A DNA stretch of 64,000 nucleotides. It comes from Raja brachyura. Its lineage: Eukaryota. The notes under the pieces were generated by a model that saw only the letters and a program-made list of their open reading frames with translations, was not told the DNA's origin and searched no databases. A program made the translations under genes and the position numbers. Each line of letters begins with the position of its first letter. Within the stretch, counting starts at the first letter, position 1. The stretch spans positions 39,432,001 through 39,496,000 of the forward strand of contig OY740808.1 of NCBI GenBank assembly GCA_963514005.1, given 5' to 3'. Positions 1 to 14,009 of this stretch are shown one piece after another.

Positions 1-2260
1 TTCTACCAAGATTATGAAAGCTGCCTCATTTGACAAACCCTGGTTCGCTAAAGAATAGAAAGAAACGCATTTTGATTAAAAATAAACTATACAAGAAATC
101 AATTTGTATCCCACACCATTCAATGTGGAATCATATAAAGCTCACAAAAATAATCTTACTCACTATTTAAGGCAAGTAAAAAATAAATACTTTACTGATA
201 AATTCATGCAAGCGTCAAATGACATCAAATCAACTTGGAACCTCATCAACCAAGTGCTAAATCTAAAAAAAAAACCACCTGCTGTGCTCACAGAGATGGT
301 AAGAAGAGATGGTACTATTCATAACCAAAGGAGATAGTTGATGGTTTTAATGATTTTTTGTCAACATTGGGTCCTCCTTGGCTTCAACCATTAAGGATTC
401 TAATGAAGACCCTTGTAAATTGATTAACGGTCAATTCTCTACTTTGTCTACCTTCCATCCCTCTTGTCCCAAAGAAGTCTGCAACATAATTGTGAGTCTA
501 AAGGACTCTGCAGAAGGCCATGATGGAGTTAGAACCACTCTCTTAAAAATAGTTATTGATCATATTACTGAGCCACTAGCACATATTTTTTCTTTATCTC
601 TCCAATCTGGTGTCATTCCTCAAGATTTAAAGATTGCCAAAGTCATACCTATCTATAAATCAGGTGACCGTAAAGAATTTTGTAATTACCGCCCAATATC
701 TATTCTCCCTGTCTCAAAAATCATAGAAAGACTAGTGTACACAATAATCCTAAACCTAATCCTAAACTGTTAATAATATTTTGTATAACCATCGATATGG
801 CTTTAGGACGAAGTACTCTACAGAGCATGCATTATTACAACTTATTAATAACATCTCTACTGCTCGAGATGAAAATAAATTTGCTCTTGGTGTCTTTCTA
901 GATCTATCCAAGGCATTTGATCCAGTCAACCATTCAATCTTAATCTCTAAGCTCAATAGATATGGGGTAAAGGATGTAGTGCTTCTATGGTTAACCAACT
1001 ATTTAGCAAATAGAGTGCAATTTGTCTATCTAAATGGAAACTCATCCAAAAAATTGAGAATTCACTGTGGAGTACCACAAGGCTTCTTCCTTGGTCCTTT
1101 ACTATTCTTGATCTATATAAATGACATCCTATACCTGTAGAGTACGTCTTCCTATCCTGTTTGCCGATGACATCAATCTTATAGCTTCACATAGTGATCT
1201 AAAATCATTGGTTGAATTAGTTAATGAAGAAATGTCTCGTCTCTAAGTGGTTTGAAGTGAACAGGCTCTCTCTCAATATCAAAAAATGCAATTACATGAT
1301 CTGCAATAAAAACAACATTTTTCCCAAAGACAAATCTAACATTTTTATCAATGGACATGAAATTTATGAAGTAACATATACAATTTTTTTAGGAGTAACC
1401 ATTGATCAAAATTTAACTTGGAAAGAACATATTAATATTGTCTGTAGTAGATCAATGAAAATGCTTGGTATTCTGAGAAAGGTTTGTGCATTTATTCACC
1501 CGTCTTCCCATCTAACAATATATTACAGTTTGATTTTTCCTTATTTCAATTATTGTAATATTGTTTGGGGTTCTACCTATCCTTCCTATCTTTCTAAGCT
1601 ACTCATCATACAGAAGAAATTTATGAGATTAATTTCTCACTCAAATTCACAAGAACCTCTGCCCCTCTTTTCAAGAAGTACTCAATTTTGTCTGTAGATA
1701 AACTGAATGCATTCCAAATATGTATTTTTATTTTCAAATATCTTAAATGTAAACATGATTTGCCTGTTTCTCTTCAAGATCTTTTCACGCTTTCTTCTAA
1801 TATTCGCCATTACCCAACCAGAAGAAGAACTGATCTTCATCTTCCGTTTTGTCGAACATCCAAACACCAACATTGCATTAGTTTTAAAGGTCCTAAATTT
1901 TGGAATACCCTCCCTCTGTCATTAAAGACACCTCCTTAGCCACCTTTAAGATTGAGCTTAAAAAGTTTCTCATCATGTCCTGAGTTCTGACCTCCAGCTT
2001 TTTGTAATGCTATTTATGAGCTCAAACTACTTCTGTTGACTCTTATCTCATACTATACCTTATTATTTTATTTATTTCTATATTTTTAATTTCATATTTT
2101 TAATTTTAATTCTTAAACTGTATTATTGTTTATTATTGTCTTTTTTATTTCTCCTACCCCCTGATTTGAAAATTAACGCTCATTTTCAGATGGGAGCGGA
2201 CATTGTATAAGCCCTCTGGGCTTCCCTTCCCTCCCAGCACTGTATGGTATTATAACTTGA
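1..2260 (+). mobile_element. Degenerate CR1/L2-group non-LTR retrotransposon (Crack/Daphne-like), RT region plus 3' UTR
   Basis: Frameshifted ORFs 104-1939 contain KIAKVIPIYKSG..NYRPISILP, YGFR..STEHAL, FLDLSKAFD, GVPQG..LGPLLFLIYIND, LFADD (~1157) and WFEVNRLSLN; AT-rich 3' UTR with hairpin aagccc-tct-gggctt near 2209-2223. Clade assignment is tentative. Confidence 0.8.
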
Positions 2261-4448
2261 CCGGTTGTCTTCTTTTATTTATTTAATTTGTTATTTATTT
2301 ATTTATATTTTTATTAGAAGCCATACGTATTACAAATAATATAACAGTTTTTTCAGATATACATTTTACATATTTCCAAAGTTATATGAATATTACAAAG
2401 CAAAGTAATAATCCTCAATTTTATTTTGAGAGTGAAAAGAATAAAGAGTAAAGAGATAATAGATGTTTAATTTAAAGAGTGTGATTAACTAATATTGATT
2501 ATAATTTTGGTTATATGTGAGAGGAAAAAAAAGAGAAAAAAAAAACCATATTACTGACAAACAATTATTATACTAAAAGAAAAAAAAAATTGAAGTATAC
2601 ATCTTAACAATGAATGGAAGAATTTCTAATAATATATATATAGAGACGAGTATACAAATCTCAGATTAAAACTTTTCATCTGATCTTGCCACCGGGTACT
2701 TGTTGAGTTACAATGCTGAGCCCAGCTACCCTTTCATATAATCAGTGAATGGAGACCATATTTGTTCAAAAAGTTCATTTTTATCCATGAGGATAAACCT
2801 AATTCTCTCCATTTGCAACGTCTCCAACATTTCCACTGTCCACATTTTAATTGTAGGGAATAATGGTCCCTTCCAGAATTGTAATATTAATTTTTTTTCA
2901 ATCATTAAACAGTAATCAAGAAAGTTTCTTTGATTTACTGTTAATGTTTGATTTTAATCTAAAATACCAAATATTATTAGCTTTGGGTCAGGATTTAATA
3001 TAATCTTAAGAACTATAGAAATAATTTAAAAAAATTTCAGTCCAATAACTATTAAGTATTATACATGTTACAAAACTATGCATTAGATTAGTTTCTATGT
3101 GCTGACATTTATCACACAATGGGGATATGTTAGGAAAAATTCTATTTAATTTCATTTTTGAATAATGTAATCTATGTAATACTTTGAATTGTATCAAAGT
3201 ATGTCTGGCATTTAACGAACAACGGTGTATGCGTTGTAAACTTTCTTCCCAAAAGTCTTTTAATATCGATAAACCTGTTTCATTTTCCCATATTTGTCAA
3301 AATGATTCTGTTGTTGGTATTTCCCTGTCCAAAAGGATATTATATATGTATGCTATTAATTTCTCTGTGTTTGGATGCTTATTGAGCACGTCATCCAATA
3401 ATCCTGGTTCTCTATTTCTATAAGATTGCATATTTGATTTAACATAATCTCTGATTTGTAAATACCTAAATAAGTTATTTGAGTGCAGTCCATAAATATC
3501 TTTCAACTCTTGAAATTAGAGAAATTTCCCATTCCTATAAAGATGTTCTATTCTTATAATTCCTAAATTTTTCCATTGTCCAAACCCCCCATCCAATAAA
3601 GAGGGCTTAAACAAAGGATTATTCATAATTAGTAAGCAAAGCGACACATTTTCTAAATGTAAAGTCTTAACTATTTGTTTTCAAATACGTCTATTGCTAA
3701 AAATTATAGGATTTTCCCTATAATTTTTTTTTGTACCACCCTTGGAGCAAGGAGTATCATACTTATATCAAAAGGTAAACAATCTTCCTTTTCCATTTTT
3801 AACCAAGCTGGGTCCTGATCCATGTTTGCCAACCAAAAATTCATATTCTAGATCTGAACCGCCCAGAAATAATATAAAAATTAGGTAGTGCTAGTCCACC
3901 GTTTATCTTAGATTTACATAAATGTCTTTTACTTATTCTGTGATTTTTATAATCCCAAATAAAGCTATTGACAGTAAAATCAATTTTATTAAAAAAAGTT
4001 TTAGGAAGATATAGCGGGATAGCTTGAAATAAATATAATAGTTGTGTTAAAAAAAAATCATTTTAATGGCATTTATTCTGCCGATCATTAATATTGGTAA
4101 TGTTTTCCAATATAGGATATTATTTTTTAGTTCATTCAGTAATTGGGGGAAATTTGATTTAAATAGAGAATTATAAGATTTAGATACATTAACTCCTAGA
4201 TATTTAATTTGGTCAGTAACTATTTTAAATGGAAATTTTTGTAATTTATTTAATTTTATTCCTGTTATAGGTATAATTTCACTTCTATTCCAATTAATTC
4301 TATATCCTGAGAACATACTAAATTCAGTTATAACATTAAGTAACTTAGGGGTACTAATCTCTGGTTTTGTTATGTATATTAAGACGTCATCTGCGTATAA
4401 AGATATTTTATTCATTGTGGTATTGGTGTTATATCCATAACTGGTTCC

Positions 4449-4510
4449 GATTCAGATTCAGATTCAATTTTAATTGTCATTGTCAGTGTACAGTACAGAG
4501 ACAACGAAAT
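4449..4510 (-). repeat. Short LINE/SINE 3'-end fragment with (TGAATC)n tail inserted in L1 ORF2
   Basis: gattcagattcagattcaattttaattgtcatt... interrupts the L1 RT and is absent from the paralogous L1 at ~29150-29180. Confidence 0.6.
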
Positions 4511-6479
4511 CTAATTCTATTGCAAGAGCGAATAATAAAGGTGATAACAGACATCCTTGTCTACAGCCCCTAGAGAGATTAAATTTGGCTGATAACATTT
4601 GATTTGTTAGGATTCTTGCTGTTGGGCGAGAATATAAAATTCTAACCCATTTACAAAATCTTTTCCCCAGTTGAAATTTCTGCATTATCCTAAATAGATA
4701 AGGCCATTCAACCTGGTCAAATGCTTTTTCTGCGTCCAGGGATATAACAGCTAATTCAATATCATTAATTCTTTTTGAATATATGATATTGAATAGACGT
4801 CTCAAATTATAAGTAGAATAGCGTTTAGGGATAAAGCCTGTTTGATCATGATGTATTAATTTATTGATCACTAAACTTAACCTTTGAGATAAAATTTTAG
4901 TTAATATTTTTTGATCCGTATTTAGAAGGGCAATTGCTCTATATGATCCTGGATCTTCCAGATCCTTATCTACTTTAGGAATGAGTGTATTTGTAGACTT
5001 ATTTAGGGTTTCAGGTAACTGTTCTTGCTCATAGGCATCTTTATATATTGTTTGTAGACGTGGGGAAATCAAATCATGAAACTTCTTATAAAATTCAACA
5101 CCTAAACCATCTTTACCTAAAGCAGCTTTACCATTTTTCAATGATCTGATTGATTCCTCAATATCTTTTACTGATATTTCAGCATCTAACAAATCTCTTC
5201 CTTCCTGATCCAATCCATTAATATGACATTCATGTAGGAATGCTTCCATTCCATCAGATTAACCCGTCAGTTTGGATGTATAAAGTTTTTGATAGTAATG
5301 CTGGAATCTATCATTAATATCTTTTGGTAAAGTTAGTATTCCTCCTTGTTCAGATCTGACTTTATATATCATTTTTTCTTCATCTGATTTTGGCGAGAAG
5401 TTGGCGAGATAAAAGTTTATGTGGTTTATCCCCGAATTCAAAATGTACTTGTTTAGTCTGTTGGAAAAGTTTAATAACGTAATTTGATTGTATCTCATTT
5501 AACTTGTATTTTAATGTTGCGATTTTGTTATATATCACCCTAGATGGTGATATAGCATTTTCCATGTCTAGTTGCTTTATTTAATTTTCCAAATTCTGTT
5601 GAATCTTTCGGTTTTCCTTATTAAGGTGTGCTTGCGCAGATATTATAGCACCATGTATAAAAGCTTTAAATGTGTCCCATAGAAGAGACAAAGAAATTCC
5701 AGCTTTATCATTAGTCTCAAAAAATAGTTTAATCTGTTTAACCAGATAATCGTAACAAGCCTTATCACTTAATATTTGAGGATTGAGTCTCCATTGAGAA
5801 TATCTATTAGTTATACCCTTTAAATTAATCTTGAATGTTAATGGGGCATGATTTGAAATAATAATATTATGATATTTTGAATCATACGTGAATGGGATAA
5901 GCTTTGAATCTATTAAAAAATAATCTATCCTAGAATAAGTTCCGAATACCGGAGAATAGAATGAGTATTCCCGACCAGTGGGATTATCATTTCTCCAAAC
6001 ATCCTTGACATTAGCGGAACTGATAAACAAATTTATGAATTCGCTTGATTTAGATGTAGCCTTCCTTTTAGTTGATGATCTATCTAAATAGTTATCCAAA
6101 GTACAATTTAAATCACCCCCGATTATTAAATTATGTTGTGTGACTATAGGAATAGTGTTAACTATTTTCTTAAAAAACAACGGATTATCGAAATTAGGTC
6201 CATATATATTCATAAGAACGACCTTCTTCGAGTATAATTCACCCGTAACTATTATGTATCTACCTTCAGGATCTTCTATTATTGAGCTATGTTTAAATTG
6301 GATACCTTTACGAATAAGTATTGCAACCCCTCTGGATTTATGAGTAAATGAAGAGTGGTACACTCCAGAAATCCATTTTGCTGTTAGTCTATATTGTGCG
6401 CCCTTTTTTCGGTGAGTCTCTTGAAGATAAATTATGTCTGATTTAATTCTATTTAACTGAGCCAAAACCTTACCTCTTT

Positions 6480-6572
6480 CTGAAGAAGGGTCTCGACCCG
6501 AAATGTCGCCTATCTCCTTCGCTCCTTAGATGCTGCTGCAGCCGCTGAGTCTCTCCAGCATTTTGTGTAACC
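6480..6572 (+). mobile_element. Penelope terminal-repeat fragment (hammerhead-like motif, one core change) inserted in L1 ORF2
   Basis: ctgaagaagggtctcgacccgaaatgtcgcc... matches the repeat that follows the GIY-YIG ORF at 53350-53410. Confidence 0.75.
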
Positions 6573-7587
6573 CTTCCCTCTTTTAATTGGTTTGTTAATT
6601 CCCTTTACATTCCAACTACAGAAGGTGATTCCATCACCCCCATTTTTCCTATTAATGTCTTGCATTCTAGTATTAAGGTGGATTATAATGAGGTAGATGC
6701 CTCAGCATATTAGTTTGTTATTAATAATCATTAAACTCTCCGTGTCCAGTAATTTTAAAAGTTCATAATTCTTCCTCTTCTCTCTGGGTAAACAGTATCA
6801 TCAGGTAAGTGTTAAGTATAATTCGAGTTTGTTATTCTTCATCCTCATCTTCTTCTTCTTACAGTGTTTCCACTACTTTTTCCTCTTCCAGCTTCTTCTC
6901 AATATTACGAGCGAACTCAAGCGCTTCAGTATGCTTGATAAAGTGATGCTCTTTATTATCATTAGCTTACTCATAGTGTGGCAGGATACATCAGGCCATA
7001 TCTCAGGCCCCTTATATTCTTGAGGATGTTTCTTGTTTCAGTAAATAAAGCTCTTCTCTTGGCCACTTCCGCAGGGTAATCTCTGAATATGCTGATCTTG
7101 TCGCCATCATAAAACAGATTCTTCTTACGAATTATTATCTTCATCATATCTTCCAAGACATGATCATAAACCACCTTCACAATCAGTTGTCTTGGGGGTG
7201 AGCCCGTCTTTGGGCGTCGTCTCAATGCTCTGTCTTCTTTTAAAACATGGTGCAAATAAATAAAAAAACAACCAAACTCGCTCTTGAAAACATCCAGTGA
7301 ATTGGCCTCCACTGCCTTCTGTGGCAGAGAATTCCACATTCGCAACTCTCTGGGTGAAAACGTTTTTCCTCAACTCCGTTCTAAATGGCCTACCCCTTAT
7401 TCTTAGACTGTGAGCTCTGGTTTAACATTGGGAACATTTTTCCTTCATCTAGCCTGTATGCCCAATCCTTTAAGAATTTTATATGTTTTGTAAAATCCCC
7501 TCTCATCCTTCCAGTGCATAATGGTATTTAAGAGGCTTTTGGATTTACTCATGGATATGGATCATTGGCACCCATTGGTTTACCTTC

Positions 7588-7916
7588 AGGGCCTGTCCCA
7601 CTTACGCAACTTTTTCGACGACTGTTGGCACCCGTCATGGGTCGTTACTGGTCGCCGAAAATGTTCAAACGTTGAAAATCCAGCGGCGACCAGAACAAAG
7701 TACAACTCTTTGGGCGACTACTCAGGACCACACAGGCTTCACCCCGCAACGTGTCGCCAGGGTGTCGCCAGTATGGTCATGAGTAGTCTCCGAATCACCC
7801 AAAGAGTCATAACGTCTTTCTGGTCGCTACTGAATTTTCAACATGTTGAACATTTTCGACGAACTAAGACGGGTGCTGGCAGTCGCCGAAAAAGTTACGT
7901 AAGTGGGACAGGCCCC
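7588..7916. mobile_element. MITE (PIF/Harbinger-like) with terminal inverted repeats
   Basis: gggcctgtcccacttacg.aactttttcg at the left end and cgaaaaagtt.cgtaagtgggacaggccc at the right; internal inverted symmetry; no coding capacity; TSD degenerate. Confidence 0.75.
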
Positions 7917-8454
7917 TTGGTATCGTCTTCAGCACAGACATTGTGGGTCGAAGGACCTGTTCCTGCGCTGCACTGTTCTGTGCAATTACTAGAGTATCTC
8001 CCAAGCTAAATAGCACAGATATTTGGTTTAAAACCAGAGATGGGAAGATGCTGGAAATGTTCCAGTGAGCAGGTGGGGCAATTTACGGCAAAATTCATCC
8101 TTGATACCTGATGTTGCTCAATGTACTGCGGGTTTCTTATTTTAGTTCCTGATCTAACGAGGAACAGTAATGTGCGCTCTGGTCCTGGTCTCTCCTACTA
8201 GTGAAAACATCCTCTCCACATCCACTCTATCCAGGCCTTTCACTATTCTGTAAGTTTCTCAGAGGATCCCCCCTCATTCCTCAAGGTAAGCAAAGTCCTT
8301 TACAGGCTGAGGTCCTTTACGGGTCGGAGAAAGGGGACACTAAGTCCTATTTTCCCATCTAGTGTCTTAAACTGATCATGCCCTGCTGCCTCTGCAAATG
8401 GTATGTGTGCTTATTAATATGATGAGGTAATGTGGTTCACAGACATTGACAGTA

Positions 8455-9190
8455 GTGCAGGAAGGAATTGCAGATGCTGGTTTACACTGAAGATAGACAC
8501 AAAATAATGGAGTAACTCAGCGGGGCAGGCAGCATCTCACGAGAGAAGGAATGGGTGATGTTTTGTGTTGAGACCCTTCGTCTGACTGGGAGGGAGTGCA
8601 GAGATATGGAGGGGAAAGGTGTGAAAAGGACAGATCAAAGCAGATCGTGATAAGGAAATGTAGAATGGTCCATTGTGAGCTGAGTGGAAGGTGACATCGA
8701 GGCATACAATCAGTAATATTTAATCAGGAGGACAGTGAAACTAGTCAGAGAACTAGGGTTGGGGAGGGACGGAGAGAGAGGGAAAGCAAGGGTTACTTGA
8801 AGTTAGCTAAGTCAATAGTGATACCGCTGGGGTGTAAGCTGCCCATGCAAAATATGAGATGCTGTTCCTCCAATTTGCGCTGGGCCTCACTCTGACCGTG
8901 GAGGAGGTCCAGGACAGAAATGTTATTGTGGGAAAGGGAGGGGTAGTTAAAGCGTTTAGCAACCAGGAGATTGTGTAGGCTTTGGCGGACTGTGCGATGG
9001 TGTTCAGCGAAACGATCGCCGAGCCAGCTCTTGACTCGCCGATATAAAGGAGTCCAAACCTGGAACAGCGGATACAGTAGATGAGGATGGAGGAAGTGCA
9101 AGTGAACCTCTGCCTCACCTGAAAGGACTGTCGGGGTCCTTGGACACAGTTGAGCGAGGGGGTGTAGGGACAGGTATTGCATCTCGTTGA
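8455..9190 (-). mobile_element. Penelope-like element, GIY-YIG 3' fragment plus terminal repeat (decayed)
   Basis: QRFTCTSSILIYCIRCSRFGLLYIGE / LGDRFAEH..RKLEEQHLIF in ORFs 8793-9269 and 8807-9118; homologous to 53639-54379. Confidence 0.85.
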
Positions 9191-9774
9191 CTTCGGTGAG
9201 TGACTTCAACATCGCGGATTCCCTGGGGACCTTTGCCGAGGACCGCCAACGTGAATCTCTGCCCAGCACGGCCTGGGGATTTCAGGAGATGCAGACTCCG
9301 GTGGGAGGCGTCCAGTTCAGCTGTACAAGCCGCTGACCTTGTCCTCCCATTCTGACGTTGGCGTTCCAACATCCTGGCCCATAGTGGCGACTCCAGAGAC
9401 CCCGACCACGGGTGAACATCAGGAACATCGGAGGAAGATGACTGACTGTGGTGTCTTCCCTCACAGTGGGAAACTTTTAATTCTGCTGTGTGGGGATGTT
9501 TTATGTTGGACTCCATTGTGTGATGTGTTCTTTATTCTATTGCAGGGCTGTATGGTGACCACACATTTCACTGTGCCAACTGGTACATGACAAATAAATG
9601 TATTTTCTATCTTGTAACCTGTTAAATGCCACTGTTGTATCTGTCCCCACCACCGCTAGCAACACACTCAAGGCGCACTCCAACCTTTAATAACTTGCTC
9701 CACACATCTTTAAACTTTGCCCCTCTCTTGTTAAAGCTATGCCCTCTAGTATTCCATCTCTGTCCTGGGACAAA

Positions 9775-10078
9775 GGAGTTGCACCATGGCGCAGCGGTAG
9801 AGTTACTGGCGTACACCGCTTGCAGTGCCAGAGACCCAGGTTTGATCCTGATACTGTCAGTGTGTACGTTTTCCCCGTGACCCGTGTGGGGTTTTTTTCT
9901 GAGATCTTCAGTTTCCTCCCACACTCCAAAGATGTGCAGGTTTGTAGGTAAATTGGCTTGGTGTAAATGTAAATTGTCCCTAGTTTGTAGGGTAGTTTAA
10001 AGCGTGGGGATCACTGGTTGACGTGGGCTCGGTGGGCTGAAGGGCCTGATTCTGTGCTGTATCTGTAAACTAAACTGA
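9775..10078 (+). mobile_element. tRNA-derived V-SINE (HE1-like)
   Basis: A/B-box-like head (ggcgcagcggtagag...ggtttgatcc), V-core ttttccccgtgacc.gtgggt...tttcctcccacactccaaaga, tail gaagggcctg...ctgtatct(aaact)n. Confidence 0.75.
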
Positions 10079-10439
10079 AAAAGGTTCTGACTGTCTGGTT
10101 TTAAGTAGGGGGAGGTGGGTAGAGTAAGGGGAAAACTGTTTCCCAGACAGAAGATGCAACCTTTCTCTGAGTCGCCTCTTCACGTGCCCCCCCGCTTCCC
10201 ACCCCCCCCACCCCCCCTCGGGGCCTATCAACTGGATTTGTGCTGCCTTTCCTGCCGAAGACAGGACCAGAGCTTCAGCAGTGGCGCAATGCTGGATACA
10301 TGGTGGAGCGGGGGATGCCTTACCCGGATTGTCGTTTGAGCTCATGGGCTCACTGGTCTGAGGGCTGTAGATAGAATCTTGCACTTTGCTGACTTTCACA
10401 AGCAATGTTAAACTGAGACCAACGAGGTAACGGCAATAG

Positions 10440-10735
10440 TTTGTTTTAGAGAGATGGTGTGCAAACTGTCCTTTCCGCCCACTGAGTCCACACCAACCAA
10501 CGATCACCCGTACACTACTCCTATATTCCTCACACGAGGCCAAATAACAGAATTCAATTAAGCTACAAACTGGCACATCTCTGGAATGTGGGAGGAAACC
10601 AGAGCACCTGAAGGAAACCCATGCGGGTCATAGGGAGAACGTACAAACTCCGTCCAAACAGCACGCATAGTCAGGATCGAACCCGGGTTTCTGGCGCTGT
10701 AAGGCAGCAACTCTACTACTGCGCCACCGTGCCGA
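10440..10735 (-). mobile_element. tRNA-derived V-SINE (HE1-like)
   Basis: Reverse complement shows the head ggcacggtggcgcagtagtagag..ggttcgatcc and the same V core. Confidence 0.75.
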
Positions 10736-10796
10736 CCAGTTCACTTGATGCTAAGGGAGTTATATGTTATCCCTCTGCACACTTTCAAACCCAATG

Positions 10797-11640
10797 ATTC
10801 AAGAGACATTTATTGTCACATGCACCAATTGGTCCAGTGAAATTTGGGGTCACCATACAGCCATACAAATAAAAAAAGAACACAGAACGTGATAGCATTT
10901 AACATAAACATCTCCACACAGAGGATTCAAAGTTTCTTACTATGAGTGAAGGCACCAAAGTTCAGTCATCCTCCTCTTTGATGTCACCCGTGGTCGGGGC
11001 CTCACGAGCTCCCCGCAGTCACCGCAATGGCGTCCCGATGTTCAGGCCTTCTCGCCGGGATGATGGAACCATCATCGGAATCGAAGAACATGCTCAGCAC
11101 CTTGGACTTCCGAATCGGCCACTTTTTACCGAAGACCGCGGAACTCGATTTCGACTGGCCGAGCTGGGCGGAGATTCACACTAGCGGCCCTCGGAAAAGG
11201 GATCCCAGGACTCCGCGATGTTGAAGACAGCACCGCCCATGGCTGGAAGCTCTACAAACCACAGCTCCACGATGTTGAAGCAGCAGGCCCAACATCCTGG
11301 AGCTTCAAACGGCGATCTGGGTAAGGCATCGCCCGCTCCAGGATGTATCCAGGGCTGCTCCACTGCTGATGCTCTGGTCCGGTCCCCAGCAGGAAAGGCC
11401 GCACCAATCCAGTTGATAGACCCCAAGGGGTTGGGTGGGGGGGGGGCAAAGATGTGACTCGGAGAATAGTCACATTCTCGGCACAAAGTGACTGGGAAAT
11501 AGTTTTCCCCCTTATCCTACCCATCTCCCCCCACATACAAATACTAGGGAACTCCAACACATACTTTTTAAACAGACTAAAAAGTTTAAAAATATGGAAA
11601 ATATGGAAATAGAGGCAGCCATCATGCGGCGCCCCTAGTG
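10797..11640 (-). repeat. Unclassified interspersed repeat with LINE-like 3' end; partial inverted copy at ~10095-10340
   Basis: 11320-11530 is reverse-complement similar to 10095-10335; 3' end tttattgtcac..gtaccaatt is shared with 37030-37060. Confidence 0.5.
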
Positions 11641-12004
11641 GCCAATGAGTTGTTCTTTCTCCATTTGGCTCATCAAGTTCTCTCCGTCATTCAATCATGT
11701 CTGGATTGGCATGGCTTAGAATATCAGAACAACCTCTGCCATTGCCATTGATTTCTCAGGGACTACAAAGAGAAAATGCACACTAGTTATCCCTCTGTGT
11801 GCTTTATATCTGTCTGTTAAGGTGTTCAGATTTGTCAAATATTGAATTGCATTCCAACAGTGGAGTCTTTAGGTTTATAGAGTTAAGTGTGAAACTGATA
11901 AAGCAGAAGTGCCAGGAACAAACTACACACATTTTGACTATAAACAACTCTCTTTTGATAAATGTCAAAAATATTCTGCTGCTTTTTAAGTATTTTCCCC
12001 AACA

Positions 12005-12235
12005 AGGTAGTGTGGCTCAGCAGTAGAGTTGCTGCCTCACAGCGCCAGAGACCCGGGTGCTTTCTGTACAGAGTTTGTACATTCTCCCCGTGACCTGCGT
12101 GGGTTTTCTCCGGGTGTTCTTGTTTCCTCCCACACTCCAAAGACGTACAGGTTTGTAGGTTAATTGGCTTTGGTAAAAGGTCGCTAGTGTGGAGGATAGT
12201 GTGGTTGTACAGGTGAATTCTGGTTGGCATGGACA
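12005..12235 (+). mobile_element. V-SINE interrupted by a CR1; tail resumes at ~13451-13495
   Basis: SINE head and V core present; tail ..ctcggtgggccaaagggc..ctgtatctc follows the CR1 3' end. Confidence 0.7.
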
Positions 12236-13450
12236 TCGGTGGTGGGGAAGATGCAGGAGTCAATTATAAAATATGAAATTGCGGCACATTTGGATAGCAA
12301 TAACAGAGTCCCACATAGGAGATTAGGGCACATAATTAGGGCACATGATATTGGGAGTGCTGACATAGATAGAAAATTGGTTGGCAGACTGGAAACAAAG
12401 TGGAGGGATTAACAGGTCCCTTTCAGAATGGCAGGCAGTGACTAGTGGGGCACCGCAAGGCTCGATGCTGGGACCGCAGCTATTTACAATATACTTCAAT
12501 GATTTGGATGAAAGGCTTCAAAGTAACATTAGCAAATTTGCAGATGACACAGAGCTGGATGGCAGTGTGAACTGTGAGGAGAATGCTATGAGAATGCAGG
12601 GAGACTTGGACAGGTTGGGGGAGTGGGCAGATGCATGGTAGATGAAGTTTAATGTGGATAAATGTGAGGTTATCCACTTTGGTATCAAAAACAGGAAGGC
12701 AGATTACTATCTAAATGTCACCAAGTTGGGAAAAGGGGAGGAACAACGAGATCTGGGGGGGTCCTTGTTCATCAGTCGATGAAAGTAAGCATGCAGGTAC
12801 AGCAGGCAGTGAAGAAAGCAAATGGCATGTTGGCCTTTATAACAAGAGAAGTAGAGTATAGGAGCAAAGAGGTCCTTCTGCAGCTGTACAGGGCTCTAGT
12901 GAGACCACACCTGGTGTATTGTGTGCAGTTTTGGTCCCCCAATTTGAGGAAGGCCATTTTTGCTATTGAGGGAGTGCAGCGTAGATTTACAAGGTTAATT
13001 CCCGGGGTGGCAGGACTGTCATATGCTGAGAGAATGGAGCGGTTGGGCTTGTACACTCTGGAGTTTTGAAGAATGAGAGGGGATCTTATTGAAACATATA
13101 CGATTGTTAAGGGTTTGGATACGCTAGAGGCAGGAAACATGTTCCCGATGTTGGGGGGGGTCCAGAACCAGGGGCCAAGTATAAGAATAAGGGGTAAGCC
13201 ATTTAGAACGGAGATGAGGAAACACTTTTTCTCACAGAGAGTTGTGAATCTGTGGAATTCTCTGCCTCAAAGGGCCATGTCGGACAGTTCTCTTTAAGCT
13301 TTCAAGAGAGAGCTAGATAGGGCTCTTAAAGATAGCGGAGTCAGGGGATATGGGGGAAAGCAGGAACAGTTACTGATTGAGGATGATCAACCATGAGCAT
13401 ATTGAATGGCTTGAAGGCCTACTCCTGCTCCTGTTGTCAATTGTCTATTG
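12236..13450 (+). mobile_element. CR1 LINE, 5'-truncated, decayed
   Basis: SGAPQGSMLGPQLF, KFADDT, LYRALVRPHL.YCVQFWSP, RGDLIETY; (attgtct)n-type tail. Confidence 0.9.
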
Positions 13451-14009
13451 ACTCGGTGGGCCAAAGGGCTCGTTGCCACACTGTATCTCGAAATGAAAGC
13501 ACTTGAGATTTAATATTGTTTGCCTTTTATTTCTTGACAGATCTAAGTATGATTAAGCCAACCCCTTGTCCCCTGTGTTGATCAAATGAAGGGGTGTAAT
13601 TGCATTAGACTCTCCCCCAGCTGCCCTTCACTTCTGGAGTAATTGAATCAACCGCATAACTTTTGGAAACATCTTCCTTTAGTTTAGTTTCTACAAGTGG
13701 GGTTTAATTCAAGGCAGATTTAACTTTCTCCTGTGAAGCATTAGCTTGTCCATCACTCGTGTTTCATCAACATATTTCATTCCTTGCACTTTTAACAGTT
13801 TCATGTTGACAGCAAAGTTGGAGCTTGTGTGCATTGGCAATGTAGCTCTTTCATATACGCAAGACACCAGTGTGACCATGAAGGAACAGAGTGCTGGAGT
13901 AACTCAGCAGGTTGAGCAACATCCATGGAAAACATGGGTGGGTGATGTTTTGGTTCAGGACCCTTCTTCAGGGCCAGACATCAACGAGTGCTGGACTCAC
14001 CATGATGTA

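Larger units (their letters stand above)
2270..7230 (-). mobile_element. L1-clade LINE, decayed copy (3' part of ORF1, disrupted ORF2, A-rich tail)
   Basis: Minus ORFs: APE endonuclease (IIYLQETH, GGDLN, YSRIDYF), RT (SLDAEKAFD, RGCRQGC.LSPLLF, LYADD) and C-terminal CDKC..H..C; colinear with the L1 at 27019-33132; T-rich tail at ~2270-2315. Confidence 0.92.

Noticed and set aside
9775-9850. tRNA genes at SINE heads
   Set aside because: Only degenerate A/B boxes followed by V-SINE core and LINE-like tail; no cloverleaf.
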